From contig NOWV01000186.1 in assembly GCA_003344405.1 (NCBI GenBank), positions 124,001-154,942 of the forward strand: a stretch of DNA of 30,942 nt, given 5' to 3'. Within the stretch, counting starts at the first letter, position 1. Each line of letters starts with the position of its first letter. Below are positions 1 to 13,500 of the stretch, one piece after another. Below the pieces are notes generated by a model, which saw only the letters and a program-made list of their open reading frames with translations, did not search any database and had not been told where the DNA came from. The DNA comes from Trichoplax sp. H2. Lineage: Eukaryota. Both the position numbers and the translations under genes were made by a program.

Positions 1-206
1 TGCATATTATTTCATTTACTATAAATATAAATAAATGGACCTGATTGAACAAAAAGAAAATTCATATAAAATGAATAAATTGCTTTAAATACGCATGAAT
101 TATGAAGGTAGGGATAAACTAGAGTCTATCGATTTTATAATACGCGTACATAACGAAAATTAGATACAAGCTTAAAAATTAATCCATCATTTAGAGAAAT
201 TTACAT

Positions 207-862
207 GTAATCAACAATCTTGAATGGTACTGTTGTAATATGCTATATCTAAAAATGATCTTGAAATACGACTATATGTAACTAGCAGTCTTGAATAGTG
301 CCTTTGTAATACGCTATTTCTAAAAATAACCTTGAGACACGAGCATAAATAATCAGTAGTCTTGAATAAAACCGTTGTAATATGCTATATCTAAAAATAA
401 TCTTGAGATGCAAGTACATATAATCAGTAGTCTTGAATAATACCGTTGTAATATGCTATATCTAAAAACAATCTTGAAATATACTATTTACTACTGATAT
501 GCATAAGTACTGTGGCGATGAAAAAGGTAAAAGTTTATTCTAGTAAAGGAAATCCAGTAGTATATTCAAAGTTATCATGATTGATGCTTAAAAAAATTGA
601 TTTCATGTAATTTACATGTAATCAGTAGTCTTATATGGTACTATTGTAATATACTATATCTAAAATGATCCTGGCATAAATAATCAGTAGTCTTGAATAG
701 TACTGTTGTAATATGCTATATCTAAAAATGATCTTGTGATATACTATTGACCGCTGATATACATATGTAATACGGTGATGAGAAAAAGTAAAAATTTATT
801 TTAGTAAAGTAAACACAATAATATATTCGAAGCTTTCATGATTGATGCTAAAAAATTAATTT
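207..862. repeat. 71-bp tandem repeat (4 copies 207-490, 2 more at ~618-745) nested in a 260-bp higher-order duplication
   Basis: Unit resembling gtaatcagtagtcttgaatagtactgttgtaatatgctatatctaaaaatgatcttga starts at 207, 278, 349, 420 (period 71). 421-~605 aligns with 681-~862 (period 260). Confidence 0.9.
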
Positions 863-1014
863 CTGAAATATTGAATGTACAGGGACTATAGTACTTGAAG
901 TATTCTATCAAATATGTAATAGTAAGGATAGAACTGTTTTAATTTCTTTTTCAATGTACGGTCTAATAAAAGGACCTTGGGCAAAATCAAGTCTACATTC
1001 TCCATCAGTCGATC

Positions 1015-1345
1015 TGCATCAGATTAGTAATGATTTTTAGAGTCGATCCACATAGAAGATGTCTATATTATTTCACTATAAGTCAAGTAATATCTTTATA
1101 GAATCCTGTACAATACTTACATTATATTCTCTCTCCATAAAGCAATCTTTATCAGGTCAGTAACGATTTTAGAGTCGATTTACATAAAAGATATCTATAC
1201 GTACTTTCACTAAAAGTCTGGTAATATCTTTTAAGAACTCTATGCAATAATTAATTTATAAGCTCTCTTCATGAATCATTCTTCATCGGCTTAGTAATGA
1301 TTTTTATTTCAATCTATTTATATAGAAGATGAATATATTTACTTC
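1015..1345. repeat. degenerate ~133-bp tandem repeat, ~2.5 copies
   Basis: Motif agtaatgatttttagagtcgat..catagaagat..tttcacta..gtaatatcttt recurs at ~1025, ~1158 and (more degenerate) ~1292. Confidence 0.75.
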
Positions 1346-1937
1346 ACCAAAGGCTAATAATGCCGCTAAGAGTGATAAAGAGGTGATGTGATATTAATTG
1401 AAATTTTAGCCGAATTTCAGATTTTTTTAGCATGATTGCGTAATCCTAGAATATGCAGTGGTTTAATTGAAATTGCGATATGGACATTAACAATCTTTTA
1501 TTACTTTTTCCCTAGGTCTAAACCTTCGTCATGCCCATTATAACCGATTTTTTTCATGAATAATGCATCTCATCTTCAAATAAACAAAGTCTAGAGATAC
1601 AATTTAAAAGATTATAGTCCAGTATTTCCATAAGTATCGCCAAATGTACGTTAACTAGTAATTACTATTGCCTCTTTACGATTGGATTCTCAAGAAATTA
1701 TACAATATATTATAATTTAGCATGTAAATGCATGTACAAGATATTATACGCATATTTTTGCCGCAGTTACTCCTAAAGGTTGAAAATTAATGGGAAATAC
1801 TATGCAGTCCTAACTATAAAATATTATAACTTTAGGATATGATCAAGTTAAAGTATTTTACCTGCTTTAAAAATTATATTACAAACAGATGATGGATGTG
1901 ATCATATATGCTTTGCTTTTAGCGATAGTTGATTTAC

Positions 1938-2339
1938 CTTAATAAGATCCATCTTTGAGAAGAATTCGCTAATGAGGATATTTTGTCGATCTCTGGCTCG
2001 AGTTAATGATATATGAACTTTATTGTTGGCTAATTGATGAGCATTATCAGGAAATACACGATCTAATGCTTCTTCAATCAAATGAGGTATGCTAACACGA
2101 GGGTGAAAAGCTCCTGTGTAAAAATCTCTAGTCTTCACCCCCATCTCGATACAATATCGGCTTAATTCTGGTAATTTATCGGGACATACCACTAATGCTG
2201 ATGCTGTGATTGCACCACCAGATGCTCCACTAGCTGAATTTAAATTTTTGATTATATCTGGCGCATATTCCACAAATCCAGCTGCTACACCCAGTTGATA
2301 TACAGACAAAAATCCACCACCAGAAAATGCTAGATTCAT
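1938..2339 (-). CDS. patatin-like phospholipase (PNPLA2/ATGL-like), first coding exon only; possibly a pseudogene
   Basis: MNLAFSGGGFLSVYQLG (oxyanion Gly-rich loop), GASGG nucleophile elbow (GxSxG), FPDNAHQLANNKVHISLTR and ISEFFSKMDLIK typical of PNPLA1-5. Phase-0 donor AAG|gtaaat at 1938. No DGG catalytic-Asp exon found between 1 and 1937. Confidence 0.8.
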
Positions 2340-3433
2340 TTTGTCTTTTTTTCAGTTATGGCTTGCTGTATCGGACTACGTATAGGAATAAGGATATACG
2401 CTTACGATATTATGTACCAAGGTATTTTTTTTCTAGTAATCACGTACATTCTGGATACACTCATGCACGAATTCATTATATATTTACTGTAAATGTTGGT
2501 GTCAAAGGCGAGTATGCAAATGACCTGTGCTCAAAATTTTTTTTAAGACTGAACAGCTTCAATGATGCCCGCTGATTTGATAAATATTATTTCAAGATCT
2601 TAACCAATAAAATGTAAGTTCTAACTTATTTTTTTATGGCTGATCAATCTAGCATAATTTTATTGTCTTAGATGTACTCTTAGGGTAGAATCAATGAATA
2701 AAAAATGCTGTGTCTATTTTTCCAAATATTCTATATCATAGAAGTTACCTACTAAAATTGCTGCGTTTATTTTTCCAAATGCAGAGATATCAAAGAAGTT
2801 ATCTACTAAAATTGCCTCGAGCAAGTACCTGCTAATATAGATTATATTCACTTAATACTATCTGTTACACAACTTCAATCACATTTGGGAACGGATAGTT
2901 TTTGCTTCAGACTGCTAGATTTAAGACAAATTTGAAACGCAATTTTATGTATACGCTAGGTTATCAGTGTTCTAACACAAAATGCATTTTATTCGGCCAC
3001 TAAAGCGAAAGATATAAATTCGTCCGCGAACGCAAGATTATACTTGTGTAATCTCTATTTTATGTAATGTATAAGTGTTTGACTATTCTATCATAATTTA
3101 ATTACTTCTAAGACGATAAATCGTTACAAATTGTCTCAGATTTCAACGTCATAATGCGATAGCATTCTAGGCCATTAATGGTCAATTTTATACGCCCTAA
3201 CGTCGAGTCATGTCGATGAATTCATTTCTATACGGTATCACAACTTCAACAAGTGTCATAAAGAAGCCTATCATTAGCAATTACAAAATCGTTATGCTTT
3301 TTAGGTATTAACGGAGTAATTGTCTAGCATAATTCTTTTCATTTTCGAGTATGAAAAATTACAAAGGGCATAGTAATTTCAGATGTAAAGCGAAAAATCT
3401 TCTCAAGTTATAAGCAATGGGTGCATTTCGATT

Positions 3434-6400
3434 TTATAGTTTACTTTGTAATTTCGTTAACTCCGCGACCCGTTTTCTTAGTTCTCGTCTTAATATTTTA
3501 CCACTTGCTGACTTAGGAATAATATCAGCAAATTCAATACCACCTCGTAAATATTTATGAGGGCTAACTTTACTCTTAACAAATTCAATAATCTCTTCCT
3601 TTGATATTTCGCTTTTCTTTACTATAAACGCCATCGGCAACTCTCCTGCTTCTAAATCCGGTCGACCAATAACGGCAGCGTCGGCAATTTTTTCATTAGT
3701 AAGTAACAGTGCTTCTAGTTCGGCAGGAGGCACCTAGTTTAGTAAATATTAGGTTGGATCACGTTAGATTGACCATATTTTTCCCTTGTTACATCATATT
3801 TGTAATTCAAGTAGCAGCATTCAATATATTCTATTTGTTAGACCTGAAAGCCTTTGTACTTAATTAATTCCTTCAAGCGATCGACTATGTAAAAATACCC
3901 ATCTTCATCGTAATATGCAATATCACCAGTGTGCAACCAGCCATCTTTATCAATGGTTAATGCAGTAGCTTTTTCATTTCGAAAGTATCCTTTCATAACC
4001 TGAGGCCCACGTATACATAATTCTCCTCTTTCATGCTGTGGTAGTGATTTTCCATCCTCATCTACAACCTATTACCCCAAAAAGAAAAATGATTATATAG
4101 ATGATCAATTTCTCAATCAAATTTATTAAATTAATAAAACGCAGGATATGACTTCCAGTAGTTATAGATAATATAACAAGGTAAAATTATCTGTAGAGAT
4201 TCTAGACAAACCTTAGCTTTCGTATTAGGAGCACAAACTCCAATGGCTCCAAATTTCTTCTCGTCAGCTCTTTTGACTAAATGAGAGATAGGGCTAAGTT
4301 CCGTCATACCATAAGCTGTAATAAGCAAATAAAGTTGAGGCTACATCTGAGATACATTAAGTAAAATGTTTCTCATTAAAAGGTACGAAATTAAATACCT
4401 TGGCGTAATAATGATATCTTTGCTCGCTCTTTAACACTTTGACTGAGATCTGAGTCAAGTGGAGCTGCCCCACATATGGTTTCCTGCAGACTAGATAAAT
4501 CAAATTTTTCTACCAAAGGATCCTTAGCTAAAAATACGTATAATGGTGGGACTAGGCAGGCATACTTGATCTGATGCGTAGCGATGAATCGGTATAAAAA
4601 GTTGTATAATTAATAGTTGTAGAAAGGAGAATTAAGAGTTATTTTGTTTATACGATGTTATCTATTTTCAGTTTTTAGATACCTTATATTTTTGAATGGA
4701 TCCCAAAAAGAGCTCCGGTTCAAATCTTTCTAAGCTTATTAGGTGCGCACCAGTTCTTAGCCCAGATAAAAGGATAACAACTAATCCATAGATATGATAC
4801 CAAGGCAGTAATCCTAAGGACGGGCGGTCATTATCGAAAGCTTTGATATCTGGATGCATCAGTTGCAGAGAATTTGCAATTAGATTGTAATGTGTTAGCA
4901 TAACACCTAAAACAGTGAAAGAGATAGATGGGTTAGTGTTTTCTAATAGGAAACCTTTCAATATATTCATGCCAATTCAGATCATAAAGCAATGGCTCAG
5001 AGCTTATGTACAATACTAAGCATTTGTAGTTTTATAATCTGTAATGATTAGGTAATGATATAATTTTACATGCGAATAATTCTAAACCTATGTACGAATA
5101 CATTGCATGTATATGATAGCACAATTGAGGAACAGCCTAATACCTTTAGGGATGCCAGTTGTCCCGCTAGAATAAGGAATTACAACAGTATCTTGCATTG
5201 GTCGGATTGTGTCATCCATTTTAAAGAATGAGCCATCATCTTTCATTAGTTCGTTAAAGGACTTTAATCCCTTAACGTGACCAAACACATAAGCGCCTCT
5301 TAATCGTCTGCGAAATGCCAAAGACAGATTTTAATAGGTTGTGAATGTTAATATGGCAATTATGTTACGCCTATAATCCTACGAGTAACCTATGAATCTT
5401 AATGGGGTAGTTTAAATTTATTACTTACATTATTCAGTTTAGTGATATTAACAGCAGCTCTATTAGCCTAATTTAAATTATCCTTTTATTAAATAAATGA
5501 CTGTCACAAAACTATTTAAGAATTTATACCTGATTTGTACACGATTAAGAAATTGTATGCATATTGCTATTGCTTTGTAAGACTTTAGTATATAACGTTA
5601 GATTGAATATACTCATTATCAATACTTACATCCTGGAGGTAACTTTCAAGGCTACATCGGCGTTGGTTGGATATGCAAACAAATACTGTGCAGACGATAA
5701 CTTCATCTGCTTGGTCACTTCATCAGCAGTATATAAGGGGTTGATAGTTGTGACGATGCCGCCAATGGCTGTAACCGCTAACAAGAGAACGGCATATTGA
5801 GGATGATTTGGGCTGAAGAGAGCTAAAATATCGCCTTTCTTAAATCCTAGTCGTCGCAATGCGGAACCACATTGGCGTATTTGTAAGCCCAAATCTCTAT
5901 AAGACAGCGTTTGTGCAGTGGCAGCATGCGTCTGTAGGTATAAATGGATTAATTTTACGAATGAGAAGAAGAAATATACCTCGTATGATTACTATGCAAT
6001 GCATATATAAATGTTATATGCACATATTATAAACTGTAGAATGATGAATTAGATGATTTACGTGTAATACATAGTCCAAGGTACACTGTAATACTAATCG
6101 TATGTATTAAGTGAAATAATTCATGTAATATTTTATGGCTGTAATGGCAAAGCCATAGAGAATATTTTCAGTATTGTCATAGTTAACTTATATCATTAGC
6201 CTTTGCATTTTTAGTTAAGATTTAGTCATAGACAGTAGTACAATGGATAAGTAGTATGTAGAGATTACAGGTGGAGTAGATCCATATTGATTGCGATACA
6301 AGCAGTAAAGCAATCGTTGACAGTATATACTGAGATCCAAATGTATAATAAAGTTTGCTACTAGTAGTAATTAATAAATTAAACGTGTAAGACTCTTTGC

Positions 6401-7773
6401 AAGCTCGTAAAACTTACTACAAGGAGTCCATTTAACGTCTATGACTTCATGCAAGCTTTACTATCAATTTTGTATCGCCATATTATTATGTCCAGTCGAT
6501 TTCGATTTACTTTAAGCAATATACGAGTACGCAAGCTGGAAGTACCTAAAGCAGCAATTTATATGTGCTTGCTGATCAAATTACAGTGTCATTATACTGT
6601 ATTTTCATACGCGTATTTATCCAAGTTTACTGTGAGTTCCTCAGCCTGAGATCATTCTTGTTGCTTAAAAAAATTCCAGCTAGGCTTTGCTATGTAGTAC
6701 AGTAGTGTTTACTACTGGCGATAAATAGGTTTCTGCTTGGTACCGAATGCAGTAGACTGCACTACTCCTAGTTGTAGCGCATTGAGACAAGGACTACTAG
6801 ATGCTCTATGTACTCGTAATTAAGGTAATTTAGTAGTCTATGATTAAGATTTTATTGCGCATTGTGGTATAGAATTAAGATAGGACATTCTAAGTTGTTA
6901 TTAAATATAGATTCCTTCACAGTCTTACCGTACTAAGAGTCTAAGATAAATATAAAATAGCTTGTTATGTTTACAGTAGTTTACATAGCAGCGTCTTTGC
7001 TATTTTCTACAATCATTTGCTATTAAGTTCTAAAAAGCTATCAATGCTAGCAATTTCTGCTTCCGATTCAGTTAGTGGCAATAGTAACCGTGTTGATTGA
7101 ATATTCTTACGTTACTTCACGACAGCTTCCAACACACTGCTCTACTGTCACTACCTCACTCATGTAGTCTACAATAAAGAATCAACTTTCTTACTTAACG
7201 TATTTGTGCCAATCCCTCAATGGCTACTAAATCTACTTAAGCCGAATCATTGAACCTTCCAACACACTAGTACACTACTATTACTGCAATAATACTGGTA
7301 TTAACCATCAGAATCAGCATTGGTTAATGCACTAGAGAGAAAGCGATTCCTTCTTGATGCCCACCTAGTCGATTCTACGCGTGATTAATCGGTTCCTTCT
7401 AACTACAAGATACCCTCACAAGAGTGCCTACACTAATCAACCTGCATCACTGCAATGGCTGCTGTTGTGTATACTGTTGCTGTAGGTAAAAGTAAGTTAA
7501 GTTTAATTAATGAAGCATAAAAGGATAAGCGATGCATTGTAACTTAGCGGACATCCACTCATCATCCGTAGGCATTTTTCTTTGACTTCAGTAGAGACTC
7601 CTTGGGGAACATATGATGCAAGTCCAACAATGTTTCCGAGACTATTAACAACTTACGATTGCCGGCTTGTCTCCATAGCGGTCGAAATTTCCACAGATAA
7701 ATTGGTATAAGGAAACATTGGTTGGCGGGTGGACATCGCTCATAGGGCTGTTAACGATAAATTCTTCGGCCAT
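3434..7773 (-). CDS. peroxisomal 4-coumarate-CoA ligase-like / firefly-luciferase-like acyl-CoA synthetase (ANL superfamily), 535 aa
   Basis: Eight GT-AG exons with consistent phases: 7773-7657, 5931-5630, 5307-5144, 4906-4683, 4570-4399, 4315-4212, 4068-3844, 3733-3434 (1608 nt). Motifs [11 protein letters not shown] (P-loop), [47 protein letters not shown] and C-terminal SKL (PTS1). Confidence 0.95.
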
Positions 7774-10588
7774 GACGTCCTTGTATAGTAGCAGGAAACC
7801 CAAACGATGTGCGGCGTGTCTGGTTGCAAAGCTTGCAATTCAAAAGGCTTGATGACCTCTTTTTTTCCAGGTTACAAGGGTTGTGGCTGCCACTCCTCTC
7901 CTCTCAGTGCCATGGCCAAGTATAGTATATCCATTCTATATTATGTAAATATGCAAATAGGAAGAAAATAGTGCCCTCATTAATAACAGTATTGTGATGG
8001 GCGGCCACCATGCTGTCTCTCGTATTCATGGATAGACTATAGTAAAATGACTACTATACCTAGTATATGGTAAGCAGCCAAGTATGGATCTATGCTCTTG
8101 GCAGCAACAGAATTCATTGCTAAACAACGGTATGCTATCGAAGATTGTTATGGCATCCACTACTAAAATTTGAAGTTGTCCATGGCTATAAAGATATTAT
8201 TATATTACGGATAAGACGCCATGGATGCTATACTTTAGTATCCTAGAAAGTCGGGTTTTCTTCAACTTCATTGGCAATAGATTTTCTTTCAATAGCATAT
8301 ACACCGTATAGAATATTATACATTAGAGATGCTATATAGTACAGAAGAAGAAGAATTTACATAAATTGATGATTGATAACTACAAAAGTTTTCCACTCAG
8401 CTGCATTCACATGGATAAAGTTAAACATTGGATTATTGTAGTAGAAGTTCTATTCGTTGTTGTTACCATTAGTGTCGCTAGCATGAGCAAGAGATAGAGA
8501 AGTCAATCATTTCCGATCCAGCAATTGAAAGTAATACCTGCCTTCTCGATATATAATATAAGAATAGAGAGAACTAATTACAATTACTGTTATCCTAACA
8601 TAACTCATATAAAAATAGACATCTACAAGTTCTATTTGTTCAGTTTTAATATCAAGTTGGAGGCAGGTAAAAGTCTGTAATCAAAATTAAAATCGTCTAG
8701 AATGAATTATCGCCTTGAAAAAGAGGAGCCATGTAAATCGATTCCAGTCGAGACTACGTCAATTATACTATACAAAGTATAATTTATTGGCAAATAATAC
8801 CGTAAATTATATAAAATTGAAATGAATTCAAATTATTCAGGCCAATGAAGCGTACAGTTATTATGCCATCTTTATTGCTGTAATTTGATGAGATTTGTCG
8901 AGTGCTATAGTATTAGAATTCTATAAAACAGAAAATTTGAATGTGGAAGTGTATCTTCAATCAATAAATTAAATAAGTGTATCTCCAATTAATGAATAAA
9001 TTCCGCTTTAGATTTGGTAAATGGATACCAAGAGGGTCTGAAATATGCTTTTAAGAGGAAAATGACAATCAATGTTAGGCTATAAAAGATTTTTCCATTT
9101 CAGAATCTTTATTGGCATGATCGTTTTAAGAACGAGCTAGCGATAGTATCGGTAAACATAGCAACCTTTATTGACTAGAATATCTTAACGATTCGTCTTA
9201 TAAATTAGTTATTACCATCGTCGTAATCGTTATAGTTCAAGATTTAAGCTGGCAATGGTAAGCAAGAGTTAGAGTTTATCGATCACTAAGTGGCTGTAGA
9301 CAATCGCTGTCTATCTGATGAGAAGATCAAAGTTAAATAACAGATACAGAAATTATATTGAACTTCTATGCATACGAATATTGACATTGCAGTATTTACA
9401 AAATGCAATAGTACAATCAAGAAATTATCCTCATTACTATCATGGTTGATATACTCGTAGAATGTATAAAGACTATACCTATTACCATAAGCATTTTATT
9501 AGAATATAGCTAAATTTAGACGTAATCAATACTAGATCATCGTAGAAGGACGTTGATGTTGTTGGGTAAGCTTTAATAACGCATGGTAATTCATGGATGA
9601 ATTATTGTTCTTTCACATTCACTTATTAACAAAATTCTCCTTCTTCGGTACAATTGTTTCCATGCATTGATGGCATTGTAAGGTAGTCAACAGGCTTCTC
9701 TCCTCATGAGCAATTAACCATGTCCAATCATAATAAATCGGCAACCACTGACAAATAAACAACAGTTTAGGTAGTGTACTTATTAGCATCATAGTACAAA
9801 GTCCCACTTGGTCGGTGCGCCACATTGACTAACTGATTAAGAGTAGAACCAATGGATGCAATGTTATTCCACTCATTATTCATGACTTATTGTTGTTAAT
9901 CTCGTACTTTTGGCTACTCCAATAGGGTTATCATGCATGTCTTAAAGCTTCTTACTCGTGCTCACCCACATGATTGAATAATAAATCAGCAAGGTGCCTT
10001 TTTTCTAGTAGAGTAATTTGACTACTTGAAGGAAGTAATTGATATTTACATGCCAGTACGCGTCGATCTTGTAGCCACTTCGTTCAAATACTGAAAAAAA
10101 TAAAAAACATTGTGCTAAAGTTATTAAGTTGAAGAGAGTGACAGATTGATCTATTCGTAAGCGTAAAATATCAAGAATACCATCCATCGGAATCATACGT
10201 AGATCTAGAAACTTTTTCTCCATATTGACACCCTTGTCTTCATAAGGTAAACAGGATTAAGTGTACAATATTTGTCGATAGGATTATACAAATAAGATAG
10301 AGTACGATAGTGGATGATTTCTTAACGTTAATACCATTCAACGCGATAAAGATGCTTTTGACAGTATCCAATAGAGGCCAATCATAATCCGTATTTGTCA
10401 TTAAACTCATGTAATTGCTTATAGATGGGATAGTTAAGCGCTCAGAGCTTGCACTAGGCTACCTTTTAAACCGTGGCTTTGTGTACCTTGAAAAAATAAT
10501 TCAAACTTTTAAATTCGTATTACGAATAAATAAGGTGTACGTATAATGTAATAATTTCTTGATTACTTCCTTCTATCTTACCTAGAAA

Positions 10589-13500
10589 ATGTCTGATATT
10601 GAAGAATCACAAGAGGAATGTACACAATCTCCGCCAGAGGAATGTACAGGTACTACGTAGTGCATTTATACTGAACTGTCTGAGTATTTACACTTTGCAA
10701 ACAGTAAACGATGCTCATTTCGTTAAGGTTAAGAGCAAGGTTTGCAAAAATCAGTCTACTACATGTTGATTAGAGAGGACATGACAGTACGTGATTAGCA
10801 GTTTAATAATTATCGTTACAACAGGATATTTACTATAATATCATGTGGCAGAATCATGACAACATGATATACACTGTATATTATACAGTAGAGTCATGAT
10901 TTCTACTAGAAAAATTCTACAATAGGCTGTTATGAGAGATAATTATGGCTTACCTAAATTAGGTTACATTAACCATCAATCATTTGTTAATAAATTGAAT
11001 ACGATTTTAATATCCTAAACTGTTCGATCATGTATATAGTAAAGTGTGTGATCTTACGCACTGATCATTAACTAAATTACTACATAAAAGGTTTTCGCTA
11101 TCGACTGCTCACTGGTAAATTAACCACTGTCCAATAAAATAATCTCTACGTTATTTCTTGATGGTAGATGGCCACAATTAAAATAGACATGGACTACTAG
11201 ATGCACTTACCTAGTAGTCCATGGTATAGACTACAGTTTTATACTTCGCAGGAGCGGTTTTTTCCTCAACTGATTACGTATTTTATTGATAGATCAATCA
11301 TCAACAGTTGAAGCTTCGGAATTAACTGCAGAAGATACAAGCGATAAATTTGATGACAATGAACAACCTCTAGAAGAAGAACAGGTATCTTCCGAAGAAG
11401 CAGCGACTACTGAAGAACAAATAAATGAAGAACATGATGTATCCGAAGAAGCAGTCGAGGTTGAAGCGGAAGAGGAATCCCCAAATGAAGATTTAACGCA
11501 AACAGACGTTGCTGGAGAATTGGAACAACCTGTTCCTCAAGATTCTTGTGAAACTGCAACTTCTGTTGAACAATCGGATGAACATCAACAGAACGGCACA
11601 GTATCGAGTGAGTTCGTAGCTGCTGAAGAAGAGAACAATAATGAAGCTACTGAAATAACTAACGAAGATCAATCACCAACGGATCAAGTTAATACTGAAG
11701 ATTTAACAGAAAATAATTTATCGGATGAACCACTAGTAGTCTCTGAAGAGTCAGAGGTTCAAGAACTTTCTGAAGATTCGACCGAGGAACAAATTCCCTC
11801 TGAATCTGCAAGGGCAGATATTGAAGAGAAATTACCTGTCGAAGAAACAACTGAGGCTGTAAGCAATGAAGGGCAAATATCTTCAATGGAATCAACCGAA
11901 GATGTCAAAATTGACGAGGTATCTGATGAAGAAAAAGCTATAGAAGATGAGGGACAAACACCTGTTGAAGATGCTGATGAAATCCTAGAAAAAAATGAAG
12001 AAACTATAGAACAGATACCGGATGAAGAAACAGCTGAAGTTGTCAAAGTTGAAGAAGAAGTACATTCAGAAGAATCGGCTGAAGCTACAGAAACGAAAGA
12101 ACATATATCTAGTGAAGAAGCAACCGAAATAGTAGAAGTTGCGGAACCTTCGAAAGAATTGACTGAAGCTACAGAAGCGGAAGAGCATATATCTGATGAA
12201 GCAACTGAAATTGTAAAAGCTGAAGAACAAGCACCTTCGGAAGAACCAACTGAAGCTACAGAAATTAAAGAGGATGCATCTGATGAAGAAGCGGAAGAAC
12301 CGGCTGAAGTCGTACAAGCAGAAGAACAAATAACGTCAGAAGAACCAGCTGAAATTGTAGAAGCTGAAGAACAAATAACTTCAGAAGAACCAACTGAAAT
12401 CGTACAAACTGAAGAACAGATAACTGCAGAAGAACCAACTGAAACCTTAGAAGCACAAATAACTTCAGAAGAACCAGCTGAAATTGTAGAAGCTGAAGAA
12501 CAAGTAATTTCAGAAGAACCAGCTGAAATTGTAGAAGCTGAAGAACAAATAACTTCAGAAGAACCAGTCGAAGTTATAGAAGCAGAAGAACAGACACCTA
12601 GTGAAATAGACGAAACCACAGAACGAATACCTTCAGAAGAGTCAGCTGAAGCTGTAGAAACCGAAGGACAGCTATCTGGTGATGAAGTAGCCATCATTTC
12701 GGAGCCAACACTAGCTAAAGAATCAGGAGAAACTACAGAAATCGAAGTACAAGCAAATGATAAAGAAATACCCGAAGCTGCAGAAGACAAAAGGCAGACT
12801 CCATCATCCGAAGTCATAGAAGATCAAGAACAGATATCCTATGAAGAAACGATTAAAGCTACAGAAAGTGAGGTAGCTGCTGAGGAATTGCATGAAAATC
12901 TTGAATCTGAAGAACAGGTACCCGTATCTAGTGAACTAACAACGGAAGTTGTGGAACCTGAAGAACAAGCACCTAAGGAGGAATTAACCGAAGCTGCAGA
13001 AACTGAAGAACAGATAGCTGTATCTAGTGGAGAAATAACTGAAGCTGCAGAACCTAAGGAACCAGTTGAGGTTGCAGAGACTGAAGAAATGGTACCTGTA
13101 TCTAGTAAAGAAATAGCTGCAGTTGTGGTACCTGAAGACCAAACACCTGAGAAAGAATCTGTTGAAATTATAGAAATTGAAGAACAGACACCTACGGAAG
13201 AATCAACTGAGACTGCAGAAATTGAAGAACAAGTACATACAAAAGAATCAGCTGAAGTTATTGAGATTAATGAACAATTGTATGATGAAGGAGCTACTGA
13301 AGAACCAGCTGAAGAGGTAGAACTTAGTAAAGAAACAGCTCCTGTAAAATCGTCTGAGGTGATAGACTCTGAAGAACAAACACTTCCTAAAGAAGCCATT
13401 GAAGAGCCAGTCATGGTTACAAGTGAGATACAGCCTGAGGATGAGCAAGGCAGTCAAGAAGTGACAACGGTGGCTGATAATAACAAACAAATGGAAGTAA

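Noticed and set aside
2714-2816. ~53-bp direct duplication (tatttttccaaat...agaagtta.ctactaaaattgc)
   Set aside because: Real but small, two-copy and without evident function.
11689-13490. Long minus-strand Ser-rich and Phe-rich ORFs (352 aa, 191 aa and others)
   Set aside because: Antisense shadows of the GAA-rich, stop-poor Glu-rich exon; no independent coding signal.
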